Assembly (NCBI GenBank): GCA_018221305.1
Contig: JAAOYK010000055.1
Location: forward strand, 1-59,656
Length of the DNA stretch: 59,656 nucleotides
Origin: Candidatus Pacearchaeota archaeon
GTDB taxonomy: Archaea > Nanobdellota > Nanobdellia > Pacearchaeales > GW2011-AR1
Reading direction: 5' to 3'
The notes under the pieces were generated by a model, which did not search any database, was not told where the DNA came from, and saw nothing but the letters and a program-made list of their open reading frames with translations. Positions 1 to 8,178 of the stretch are shown piece after piece. A program made the translations under genes and the position numbers. Each line of letters opens with the position of its first letter. Position 1 is the stretch's first letter.

Positions 1-68
1 ATATGTATATAATTTTAAGAATTTATAAGTTTAATAATCTAACGACTAGGGATTAATTGATTAAAAAT

Positions 69-584
69 TTAACATTCAGGGATTATTGGTTGCTCATCAA
101 TCTGCCCACAATCCTTGTTCAAATGGTATATTTTGACAGTTTCAGGTTTAGAAGTTAATCCTGTAATGTTATAAGTTTTTTCACCATTTTTTTGAGGAAG
201 AGTTATTTCGACTGTACCAGTTGCAGCTTTATACATCTTAACTCCTGTAATTGCCACTGTGGACGCTTTAATATCATAAGATTTTGAAGATCCGTCACTT
301 GTTCCTGCAACAACTATAAATCCGTTTATTTCTTCTTCAATAGCACCAAAATGTATTTGCAAATATAAACTCTGACTATTATTATTCCAACAAGTAAATT
401 TAGCATTGTTTTGTACTGTTATTTTTCCTGCAAGGTCATAACAATCATTACTAAGAATTTTTTTCACAAATGGCACAACAAAGGCCATTATGACCATAAC
501 TGTTATAATTACTATTAATATTAAAAGTACTGTAGCAATTACTTGTGATTGTGCTTTTTTTTGTTTCCTCATTTTTTTAACCAA
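69..584 (-). CDS. archaeal type IV pilin-like protein (class III signal peptide)
   Basis: N-terminus MVKKMRKQKKA|QSQVIATVLLILIVIITVMVIM has a short basic n-region and a small residue, followed by ~22 hydrophobic residues. It is the last of 4 co-oriented genes with this architecture. Confidence 0.6.
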   Translation of the reverse strand: MVKKMRKQKKAQSQVIATVLLILIVIITVMVIMAFVVPFVKKILSNDCYDLAGKITVQNNAKFTCWNNNSQSLYLQIHFGAIEEEINGFIVVAGTSDGSSKSYDIKASTVAITGVKMYKAATGTVEITLPQKNGEKTYNITGLTSKPETVKIYHLNKDCGQIDEQPIIPEC

Positions 585-616
585 ATTATATAATGTTTTA
601 TTGTTTTTAAATTCTT

Positions 617-1087
617 TTAAACTCTAAGTGCCCAGTCATCACTACATTCATGATCTTTAAGCCCTCCGGATTTTCGTGTTCCCATTAGTATAGGGGTTAT
701 ATATATTTTATCAGAATTTTTATAATTTACCCCCTTAAGGATAGTAGATATGCCCGGGTTAACTCTTCCTCCGCCAGATTTTTCAATACGTTTTATTTCT
801 GAACTGCCATCATCTTTTACTATTTTGACATTAACGCCATAAATTGGAATATTACCAAGATTTGAAAATCCAACCTCTCCTGAGTTTTCATCTAATATTT
901 TTTGCATTTTTACATCTCCACAAAACTTTGCAATATCTTTTCTATTACCTCCAATTGTTTTAAGAACCGCCTCTTTTACAAACCCTCTGGACCACAGTAA
1001 GATGATTACTGCTAGAATAATGACTATTAATATTAAAAGAACTGTAGCAATTATCGGACTAACCCCTTTTTTTTTATTTTGTTTCAT
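617..1087 (-). CDS. archaeal type IV pilin, Pilin_N (PF07790-like) N-terminus
   Basis: MKQNKKKG|VSPIIATVLLILIVIILAVIILL matches the canonical archaeal pilin N-terminal GVSPVIATVLLI motif. Confidence 0.7.
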   Translation of the reverse strand: MKQNKKKGVSPIIATVLLILIVIILAVIILLWSRGFVKEAVLKTIGGNRKDIAKFCGDVKMQKILDENSGEVGFSNLGNIPIYGVNVKIVKDDGSSEIKRIEKSGGGRVNPGISTILKGVNYKNSDKIYITPILMGTRKSGGLKDHECSDDWALRV

Positions 1088-1130
1088 TATAATTTTGGTT
1101 ATATTTTTTCATATAAATACTTTGCTGTTT

Positions 1131-1688
1131 TTATCTCATTAAGCAATTTTCTAGGTCCTGCTCAATTACTGCTGCTTCGCAAAATACTACTGTTTTCTTA
1201 TCAATTATGAACGGTTGAATTCTAACCTTTCTAATTTCCTCAAATCCGGCAGCTCTTGGAACTCCTTGCTCTGCCCCTGCGCCAACAACCTTGTTAGAAT
1301 AATTTGCATAAAGTGATGCACTAGGTTTAAGTTTAGATTCAAAAACATAACGTCCAGGAAAATATCCTCCAGCCACTTCTGGCATTAAAATATATATTGG
1401 AAATTTTTTTGTATCATTGCCAACACTAACGTATACTCCATTAATACTAAAACGTCCATTATTTCTGAGAAGGAGATCAAGCTTTCCATCACATAAATAA
1501 TCCTCTAATGTGATTGTTGTGCCTTCTTCACAGTTTTCAACAGGTGTGGGGTCTATGTAATCTTTAATAATAACAAAAAATGCCGCAGCCACGCTTAATA
1601 CTATGCCGATTAAAATAACATATGACACCATCAGGCTTACAGCTTTTCGTTTTTTAGTTCCTTTCAATATATCTTTCACCATTTTCAT
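1131..1688 (-). CDS. pilin-like protein (class III signal peptide)
   Basis: KKRKA|VSLMVSYVILIGIVLSVAAAFFVII follows a basic n-region. The gene overlaps the upstream pilin-like gene by 35 nt, so the true start may be internal. Confidence 0.5.
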   Translation of the reverse strand: MKMVKDILKGTKKRKAVSLMVSYVILIGIVLSVAAAFFVIIKDYIDPTPVENCEEGTTITLEDYLCDGKLDLLLRNNGRFSINGVYVSVGNDTKKFPIYILMPEVAGGYFPGRYVFESKLKPSASLYANYSNKVVGAGAEQGVPRAAGFEEIRKVRIQPFIIDKKTVVFCEAAVIEQDLENCLMR

Positions 1689-2196
1689 CTTTTGCTATGA
1701 CAAAATAAAACATTTCATTATCTTTTAATTCAAACGTAAATTGTTTTTCTAGTAACTTTACTTTCAGCTTGTTGCCTGGAAGCGTTGTTGTATCAATTTT
1801 TGTAATCTCAGAAAAACTTCCCACTGTTTCCCAATTAATACTTCCTCCAATTGTTGCTGATACTGTACCTGTGCTCTGCATTTTATACTGTGCTGCATAA
1901 AGGTCTTTTTTGTTTCCATAAACAAATACTATGTCTGTTCCTTGAGTCTTTTGCAAGAAATAATGTGAATATTTCTGATCTGTAAAATTTTCAATTAGAT
2001 CTTTAAGATTTTTCCCGTTATATATGCCATGTTCAACAATATGCAAACTTTCTTCACGAAGCTCGCTCCCAAGATCAGTTATTGTTCTTGGATTTGATTT
2101 ATATATTGCATAAGTGTTAATGCCTGCAATTCCTGATATCGCTATTACTATTAAAATTGCACCTATTATGTAGAACTGACCTCTTTTATTTTGCAT
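1654..2196 (-). CDS. pilin-like protein (class III signal peptide)
   Basis: MQNKRG|QFYIIGAILIVIAISGIAG. This is the first gene of the 4-gene minus-strand cluster. Confidence 0.5.
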   Translation of the reverse strand: MQNKRGQFYIIGAILIVIAISGIAGINTYAIYKSNPRTITDLGSELREESLHIVEHGIYNGKNLKDLIENFTDQKYSHYFLQKTQGTDIVFVYGNKKDLYAAQYKMQSTGTVSATIGGSINWETVGSFSEITKIDTTTLPGNKLKVKLLEKQFTFELKDNEMFYFVIAKDENGERYIERN

Positions 2197-2253
2197 AAAA
2201 TAACAAACTTTTCTATGTATATAAATTTAAGTTTTCTCTTCTTAAAAGAAAAA

Positions 2254-2517
2254 AATTTTGTAGACTCGAGGGTTTGCTCAACAATACCTAAAAAGCTATC
2301 TTCTTACATCCTCAGCTTTGCTACCCTCCAAGCATCAAAACTCATGTTTAGGGCTGCTCCGATCAAGGTCTGACCCAGTTCGCACAAGCTCGATCAAGAA
2401 GGACAAAACCTCAACGTTTGTAAAAAGACTTTTCAAACATTATATCACTCGCCCTCTCGCAGCTTGCCTAAAGCTCATTTGCAAACAGCGGTGAGCTAAA
2501 CCGCCAGCCTAGTCTAC
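2254..2517 (-). ncRNA. signal recognition particle RNA (7S/SRP RNA)
   Basis: The minus-strand transcript reads 5'-GUAGACUAGGCUGGCGG...GGGUCAGACCUUGAUCGGAGCAGCCCUAAAC...CCCUCGAGUCUAC-3'. The 5' and 3' ends pair (GUAGACU/AGUCUAC). The helix-8 core GGUCAG-N12-GCAGCCCUAA matches the universal SRP motif (E. coli GGUCAGGUCCGGAAGGAAGCAGCC). G+C is locally elevated. A TATA-like CCTTTTATAC box (2538-2547) sits ~26 nt upstream and a U-run follows the 3' end. The ends are approximate. Confidence 0.75.
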
Positions 2518-2557
2518 AAAAATGTTAAGAAATATGTGTATAAAAGGTTTTTGCTAG

Positions 2558-3337
2558 TCAATTTCCTTCAATCTTTTTATAGATTTCATCAACAATTATG
2601 TCTAACTTTTTATCATACTCATCTTTTAATTCTTTTATGACTTCTGCGTCTGGTCGTCCAAGTTCGGCTCGTAATGCTGCAATCTCTTGAGTTTTTAGTG
2701 TTTCAAATTCTGCTAATAATTTTGCAATTTCTGCAGTATAAATTTCTTTAGATGCAGCTAATGCTTCTTCACGAACAGGTTTATCTGGAAGTCCTGCTGC
2801 AACAAGTTTTGTATCTAATTCTGTAATCTTTGCTTCTAATTCTGTAGCTTTTGTGGTTTGTTCTCCTTGAATCTTTTCATAAAGATCCTTTATTTCTTTA
2901 GCTTTTGCGTCATATGCGGTTTTTAGTTTTGCTTCAGTGATTGCTATGACTTCACTATCTGGGTCCCCAGAACCTGCTAACTTTTCTGTCAAACCTGCAA
3001 CTTTGTCATTAAGATTTTTTTGTTCTAGTTCAGAATTTGTTTTGTACGCTTGTGATTCTGTTGAAAGTGTAGAATACATTGTTTGTGAGTTAGATAGTGC
3101 TGTTTCTAATGATGTAATCTTGTCACCTCTCTCACTTACTTGATCTTCATATTGAGTTATTTGTGTTTTATATCCTGTAATTTCTTCTTGCACTGACTTT
3201 TTACCTTTAGACTTTCCAAGCGAAAAAGCACCTACAGATAAAATGACTCCTAATGCTGCTGCACTGATAATATATTTTTTAGCATGCTTTTCAAGATGCC
3301 GTCCAAAGTTGATGTGTTGTTCATCAGTATTTTCCAT
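2558..3337 (-). CDS. membrane-anchored coiled-coil protein
   Basis: One TM segment (IISAAALGVILSVGAFSLG) is followed by ~200 aa of heptad-like E/K/L/T-rich sequence. No family was recognised. Confidence 0.5.
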   Translation of the reverse strand: MENTDEQHINFGRHLEKHAKKYIISAAALGVILSVGAFSLGKSKGKKSVQEEITGYKTQITQYEDQVSERGDKITSLETALSNSQTMYSTLSTESQAYKTNSELEQKNLNDKVAGLTEKLAGSGDPDSEVIAITEAKLKTAYDAKAKEIKDLYEKIQGEQTTKATELEAKITELDTKLVAAGLPDKPVREEALAASKEIYTAEIAKLLAEFETLKTQEIAALRAELGRPDAEVIKELKDEYDKKLDIIVDEIYKKIEGN

Positions 3338-3468
3338 AAACTTTAATAGACTTTTGAATATTTAAGTTCTATTGTAATGCCTGTTAATAAAAGGATTTAA
3401 AAACCCTTATTTCTAGCTAAATGTTCGTCAAAATTTATTTTTGAAACAAATAAGAAGTAATAACAAAA

Positions 3469-4110
3469 ATGACAAAAAATATTAGTAAAAGTGAAACACA
3501 TTCAAATGGACAGGGTTTGATAATCTTTACTCAAGGAATGAAGCGAAGGTTTTTAGCTAGTAGTGCTCAAGTTCCGCAAAATATTGCAACTTATCTTAAT
3601 AATAAAGGTCCGGATACTGAACTCCTCTTAAATGATGTTCAAGGTTATCATAATTTTGATGGGGATGGATATAGGCCAAATACTCCTATAGATGAAATTG
3701 GCATAAAATGTGGTCATATTGATTTGGTCGCAGGAACTTGTGAATTTGATTCAATGATCTATGCACCACTTTTGTCTAGACAAAAAACAAAAGAGATCTC
3801 TGTACGTCTTGGTCTTGTACCTTTTAAGTATGGTCTTGTAGGCGAGTTAAAATTCCCAGCGAATCATATACCAGAAGATAATGGAAAATTAAAATATATT
3901 TCAAATAGGCTAGAAAATCAAAACTTTGTTCCTTTTTATAATCCACGCCAACCGCTTAATCTTAATCGATCAAACCAAACTGAGGCAGAATATACTAGTT
4001 TGTTTAAAGATACACCTTTTGAAAGTAATATTCCAAGCAAAATTCTTCTTAATAGGACTCTTCATACAGTCCATAGCAAAGCCTTATGGGCATATCATAG
4101 TAAAAGATAA
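3469..4110 (+). CDS. hypothetical protein
   Basis: A 213-aa ORF in an otherwise non-coding interval. No motif was recognised. Confidence 0.4.
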   Translation: MTKNISKSETHSNGQGLIIFTQGMKRRFLASSAQVPQNIATYLNNKGPDTELLLNDVQGYHNFDGDGYRPNTPIDEIGIKCGHIDLVAGTCEFDSMIYAPLLSRQKTKEISVRLGLVPFKYGLVGELKFPANHIPEDNGKLKYISNRLENQNFVPFYNPRQPLNLNRSNQTEAEYTSLFKDTPFESNIPSKILLNRTLHTVHSKALWAYHSKR

Positions 4111-4337
4111 GTTAAACAAAGTTTAAATATTTCTAAAATCTTAGTTTCATATGAAAGAGAAGTTAGTTGCAATTTTAAATGATTTTGGTAAGAAGTTTTT
4201 AGAGATTCTAGATTAGATTAAAATTCCGGTATTTCTTATGTTTGCCGCTATGAGCGGGATAATCTTCAGTAAATTTAAATAACTTTCATTGCTTACTTAA
4301 ATATGGGAAATATCAAAAACAGGAAAAAACAATTAAA

Positions 4338-5180
4338 ATGGGGATAAATGAGGACAAACCTATTGTTCCATTTCCAGAAGATGTTGAGTTTGGTTTAGGT
4401 ATGAATCCAATTAAGGATGAATGGAGACATCCTGAAAAAGCAAAATATGCTTGGGACTTTATGCTTCCAGAAAATACTCCGCTCTACGCTACAAAATCTG
4501 GAAAAGTTTTACAAGTTAAAGTAGACTCAAATCTTCAGGGTTCTGAAAAACTTGATGAGATTATTGGAACAGATCCAGAAATGAAAAAAAAATTCAAAGA
4601 AGGCACTAATTTTATAATAATAGACCACGGGGATGGCACTTATTCTGATTATGAACATTTAAAATATGATGGTTCTGAAGTAGTTGAGGGCGAAGATGTA
4701 GTTAAAGGGCAGGTTATTGGGTATAGTGGAAATACCGGATATTCAGATGCTCCTCATTTGCATTTTGAAATATTTGAATTAACAAAGAAAGGAGACCCAA
4801 AACATTTAAATAAAATTAGAAAAACTAGAAGCATTCCTGTTAATTTCAAAAACATGATTCCTTACATGGAGAAATTAGTAGATAGGTTTGGAGAAAATAA
4901 AGCTCCATCAGATATTGTGGATTATTTGGCTTCAATGTATGGGGTAGGCCTTGAATCTAATGCAAAAACTGACAAGAAAGGGCCAGGCGGCTTAGAAAAA
5001 ATTACTGGAATAGTTTCAATCATTAGTTTTGCAGCATCACTTTTATTTCTAACTGGGATTACTGGCAATATTACTGGGGTAAGTAAAAATAATTTTTATG
5101 GATCAATTTTTACTGGATTAGGCTTAATTTTTGCTGGATTTTGGCTCTTTTTGAAAAATTCTACAAAGACTAAAAAATAG
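4338..5180 (+). CDS. M23-family metallopeptidase (LytM/lysostaphin-like) with C-terminal TM anchor
   Basis: Contains the HxxxD motif (IIIDHGDGTYSDYEHL) and the HxH motif (GYSGNTGYSDAPHLHFEI). The C-terminus has two hydrophobic helices (ITGIVSIISFAASLLFLTGI, IFTGLGLIFAGFWLFL). No N-terminal signal peptide is present. Confidence 0.8.
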   Translation: MGINEDKPIVPFPEDVEFGLGMNPIKDEWRHPEKAKYAWDFMLPENTPLYATKSGKVLQVKVDSNLQGSEKLDEIIGTDPEMKKKFKEGTNFIIIDHGDGTYSDYEHLKYDGSEVVEGEDVVKGQVIGYSGNTGYSDAPHLHFEIFELTKKGDPKHLNKIRKTRSIPVNFKNMIPYMEKLVDRFGENKAPSDIVDYLASMYGVGLESNAKTDKKGPGGLEKITGIVSIISFAASLLFLTGITGNITGVSKNNFYGSIFTGLGLIFAGFWLFLKNSTKTKK

Positions 5181-5264
5181 TGCGAGGGGTAGGAGTCGAA
5201 CCTACGAAGGCACTAAGCCACAGGATCTTAAGTCCTGCCCATTTGACCACTCTGGAACCCTCGC
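5181..5264 (-). tRNA. tRNA-Leu (anticodon UAA), type II with long variable arm
   Basis: Hand-folded cloverleaf: acceptor GCGAGGG/CCCUCGC, anticodon stem CAGGA/UCCUG with loop CUUAAGA, variable arm UGGCUUAGUGCCUUC, T-arm GUAGG-UUCGACU-CCUAC, discriminator A. There is no encoded CCA and no intron. Confidence 0.9.
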
Positions 5265-5329
5265 TTATAATAAATTTCATAATATTGATGCATTTAAAAA
5301 CTTAATGAAATTCCCAAAAATCCTATTTT

Positions 5330-6241
5330 TTATTCAGACTTTAATCTTCTCATTAATGTTAAGTGTGACAAGTCTGAAGCATCTTCAATAATTTTCACAA
5401 TATGCCTTATCATTCTTACTGTATGCTTATCTGTTGCTTTTAATTTTAATGATTCTGCCCTAATTTTTTTTCGTGAAGCGTATAGTTTTTCCAATTTTTC
5501 GGAGTTAAATTGATAATAAAGTTCAAATGCTTGATCAAGAACGCCTAGGGACTTTAATGCAAACTTTTTGAATTCTTCACTTTTTTTTGGATTATATTCT
5601 ATGTTCGTTCTCCAAAAGCGTGTTATTTCATCCCCAATCTTTTCAATTTCAAAAGAATATGTAAAAAGTATTCTTCCTCGTGTAGAGTTTGGGTATGACA
5701 TCTTATTGATTGAACGCTGCAGATATAAACAGAATTTGTTAACTTCTGTATCTCTTATACGCAATCCCTGCTCTGTTTCTTTTTCTTCTCCAAAAATATC
5801 GTTTATGGATGCCTCATAAAAAGATAATATCATCTGAAAGACTCGTTTAAAAATTTCGTCTAAATCTGAATACGTACTTCCACCAATATCTTTAATTTGA
5901 TAAATATTATCTTTTTTGCACAGCAGAGCATATCCAATTGTATTATTTAGGCCTGTTAGTATTTTTGATGTTAGATCCTTACTGGACTCAATTTCTATCT
6001 CGTCAATACCTTTTGCATAAAGCGCGCTTAAATGCCTGTAAATGTTTCTAGAATTCATATCCTCAATCTTTAATTTAGCTTTTTTTATCCTAATTTTGCC
6101 TTCATTAGTAATTCTAATAGACTTTCCAGAATCACTCATTTCAACTTCTCGTGTTTCATCAATCTTGTTTCGTCTAACCCATGCAATTGGTAAGGTTACT
6201 GTATATGCTTGATTTCCTTGTTTTACAACTTTTCGTCTCAT
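5330..6241 (-). CDS. AbrB/SpoVT-domain + PhoU-like domain regulator
   Basis: The N-terminus MRRKVVKQGNQAYTVTLPIAWVRRNKI is a typical AbrB/MazE swapped-hairpin motif. The long helical C-terminal part resembles the archaeal PhoU-type phosphate uptake regulator family. Confidence 0.65.
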   Translation of the reverse strand: MRRKVVKQGNQAYTVTLPIAWVRRNKIDETREVEMSDSGKSIRITNEGKIRIKKAKLKIEDMNSRNIYRHLSALYAKGIDEIEIESSKDLTSKILTGLNNTIGYALLCKKDNIYQIKDIGGSTYSDLDEIFKRVFQMILSFYEASINDIFGEEKETEQGLRIRDTEVNKFCLYLQRSINKMSYPNSTRGRILFTYSFEIEKIGDEITRFWRTNIEYNPKKSEEFKKFALKSLGVLDQAFELYYQFNSEKLEKLYASRKKIRAESLKLKATDKHTVRMIRHIVKIIEDASDLSHLTLMRRLKSE

Positions 6242-6394
6242 TTTTCAGTATTTTATCCAATTTAATTCTAAATTATTTGCTTTTGATTTACCTTTTTGCA
6301 TAAAAAGCGTTATTATATAATTTATATAAATTATATCGAAAGTATATAAATATTTCTATGCATTAACTATACTGTAAGGAGTAAATATCTAAAA

Positions 6395-7303
6395 ATGGAA
6401 AACCCAAAAAAATACATTGATTTTCACATGCACACAAAATATTCAGATGGTATGGAAAGTCCAGAATTGTTAGCGATGAATGTTAAACTTAGTGGTGTCG
6501 ATCTTGCAGCAAAAACAGATCACGACACAATAGAAGGTTATTGGGATTTTAAGGCTGCAGCAGACAAACTAGGTCTTGCAACAATCCCTGGAATAGAATT
6601 TTCTGATAAAGATTATCACATATTAGGGCTAGGCTTTAATCCAAAAGATTATGACTTTTGGAAACTAACTGAACGTTCAAAATATTATCAAAGATTGACC
6701 TCAGAACAAAGAGTACACATGCTCAAACGTCATGGTATTCCGATAACAATGGAAAAACTTGACAGTTTTTTCCCAGATTCTCGTCTTGGAAAACATAACA
6801 TATATAGGACTTTATACCATGATGAAGAGTGCAGGAGCTGGATTGAACAAAACTTACCTGACGCTACTCCTGATGATGTCTTTGAATACACTCTACGCAA
6901 AAGTGGAATAGCAGGAACAGTGGAGCATTACTATGACTTAGAACGTCATGTTATAATCGACGGTATTCATAAAGTCGGAGGATTAGCAATAGTTGCACAT
7001 TTACCAAAACAAGCAAAATCAATGAAAGAACTTGATGAACTCAAGGAAGCAGGCGTGGACGGTTTTGAAGTTCAGCCAAACTTTTATGGGACAAATTTTG
7101 GAGCTGTAAACTATCCTGATATAGAAAGTTATGCAAAACGTCACGACATGTTCATAACCTATGGCTCAGATTATCACGGCTCAATAATGCCAAGGAGCTT
7201 ACTTGGAAGAGGAATGAATGCAATGTCACCAGAACTTGAAGAACGCCTGCTTGGTAGTACTTATGGTAATGATTCAGAAACAAAAGAGGAGTGCTTAGTA
7301 TAA
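6395..7303 (+). CDS. PHP-domain metal-dependent phosphoesterase
   Basis: Contains IDFHMHTKYSDG (PHP motif I), TDHDT, and a C-terminal GSDYHG. An AAGGAG SD-like box lies upstream. Confidence 0.75.
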   Translation: MENPKKYIDFHMHTKYSDGMESPELLAMNVKLSGVDLAAKTDHDTIEGYWDFKAAADKLGLATIPGIEFSDKDYHILGLGFNPKDYDFWKLTERSKYYQRLTSEQRVHMLKRHGIPITMEKLDSFFPDSRLGKHNIYRTLYHDEECRSWIEQNLPDATPDDVFEYTLRKSGIAGTVEHYYDLERHVIIDGIHKVGGLAIVAHLPKQAKSMKELDELKEAGVDGFEVQPNFYGTNFGAVNYPDIESYAKRHDMFITYGSDYHGSIMPRSLLGRGMNAMSPELEERLLGSTYGNDSETKEECLV

Positions 7304-7475
7304 AATGCCAACAATGGATGAAGTTGCATACGTTAGCAAAATGAAAAGAAAACAAGAAATTCAGTCAAGCAAGCCTTGGCACTATGAACCTGCTAAAAAG
7401 CAAAAAGTAGTAAAAAAAGAAAACGAATCAGAAATTGTAATTTATTGTGTACCTTTATTTTTAGATGGATAATAA

Positions 7476-7652
7476 TTAAACACCTTTAATTTTAGCTTCT
7501 TCTATCCATTTCTCTTTTTTTTGACACTGATTACATACTGGTATAAAATCATTAATTCCTTTTTCATTTTTTGCTTTAATAATTGTACCTTTTAGTTTAC
7601 CAAATTCTTCTTCAATTGCTTCCTTACATATTGCACATTTTTTAACTGCCAT
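7476..7652 (-). CDS. small zinc-ribbon protein (58 aa; not in ORF track)
   Basis: Manual translation gives MAVKKCAICKEAIEEEFGKLKGTIIKAKNEKGINDFIPVCNQCQKKEKWIEEAKIKGV, with two CxxC pairs. It fills an otherwise empty intergenic gap. Confidence 0.45.
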   Translation of the reverse strand: MAVKKCAICKEAIEEEFGKLKGTIIKAKNEKGINDFIPVCNQCQKKEKWIEEAKIKGV

Positions 7653-7699
7653 AAAAAAACATATAAATTTAAGTTATTAAAATTAACTAATATTCTTAA

Positions 7700-8128
7700 C
7701 TATTCATTATCTTTATTCCAAGAACTTTCACCTAAATAAGTTAGTTCAATTCGATCAGGTTTAACTTCATCAACTCTAAAGTTATGCTCTCTAAAATGAA
7801 TGTTTTCCTGATTTGTTGGATAAAAAATGTTTGAACCATCAAATGTATATGATAATGAGTATGTAGTATCGCTGTTCATTCCATTATAGTTTATTAAGTG
7901 ACCTTCCAAAAAATGACTTGTTCCGGTTTTAATATTTATTTTTTTGTTAACAACTTGTTCTAATTTTTGTTTTTGCCTTTTTTCAGGTGTTAATGGTTTT
8001 TCACCAAATACGCCAAACGCACATAATGTAAGAACTGCTGCAGACGATAATCCAAGTAACATATAACTAAACGCACTCTTACTCCTAATTTTAGAAAAGT
8101 TTGATTGTTTATCCTCTCTATTATCCAT
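7700..8128 (-). CDS. hypothetical membrane-anchored protein
   Basis: One N-terminal TM segment (AFSYMLLGLSSAAVLTLCAFGVF). No family was recognised. Confidence 0.4.
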   Translation of the reverse strand: MDNREDKQSNFSKIRSKSAFSYMLLGLSSAAVLTLCAFGVFGEKPLTPEKRQKQKLEQVVNKKINIKTGTSHFLEGHLINYNGMNSDTTYSLSYTFDGSNIFYPTNQENIHFREHNFRVDEVKPDRIELTYLGESSWNKDNE

Positions 8129-8178
8129 CTTTAAATTAAGATGAATGAATTTATAAATATATATTTACTGTTAAATTT

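Noticed and set aside
2191-2373. 60-aa plus-strand ORF in the track
   Set aside because: It lies antisense over the SRP RNA gene. It has no coding features and overlaps the pilin-like gene start at its 5' end.
5181-5264. Integrated element at tRNA-Leu (and likewise at tRNA-Ser, 54456-54536)
   Set aside because: No integrase, no direct repeat of the tRNA 3' end, and no phage or plasmid genes were seen nearby. Only the adjacent M23 peptidase hints at acquisition, so this is not called as a mobile element.
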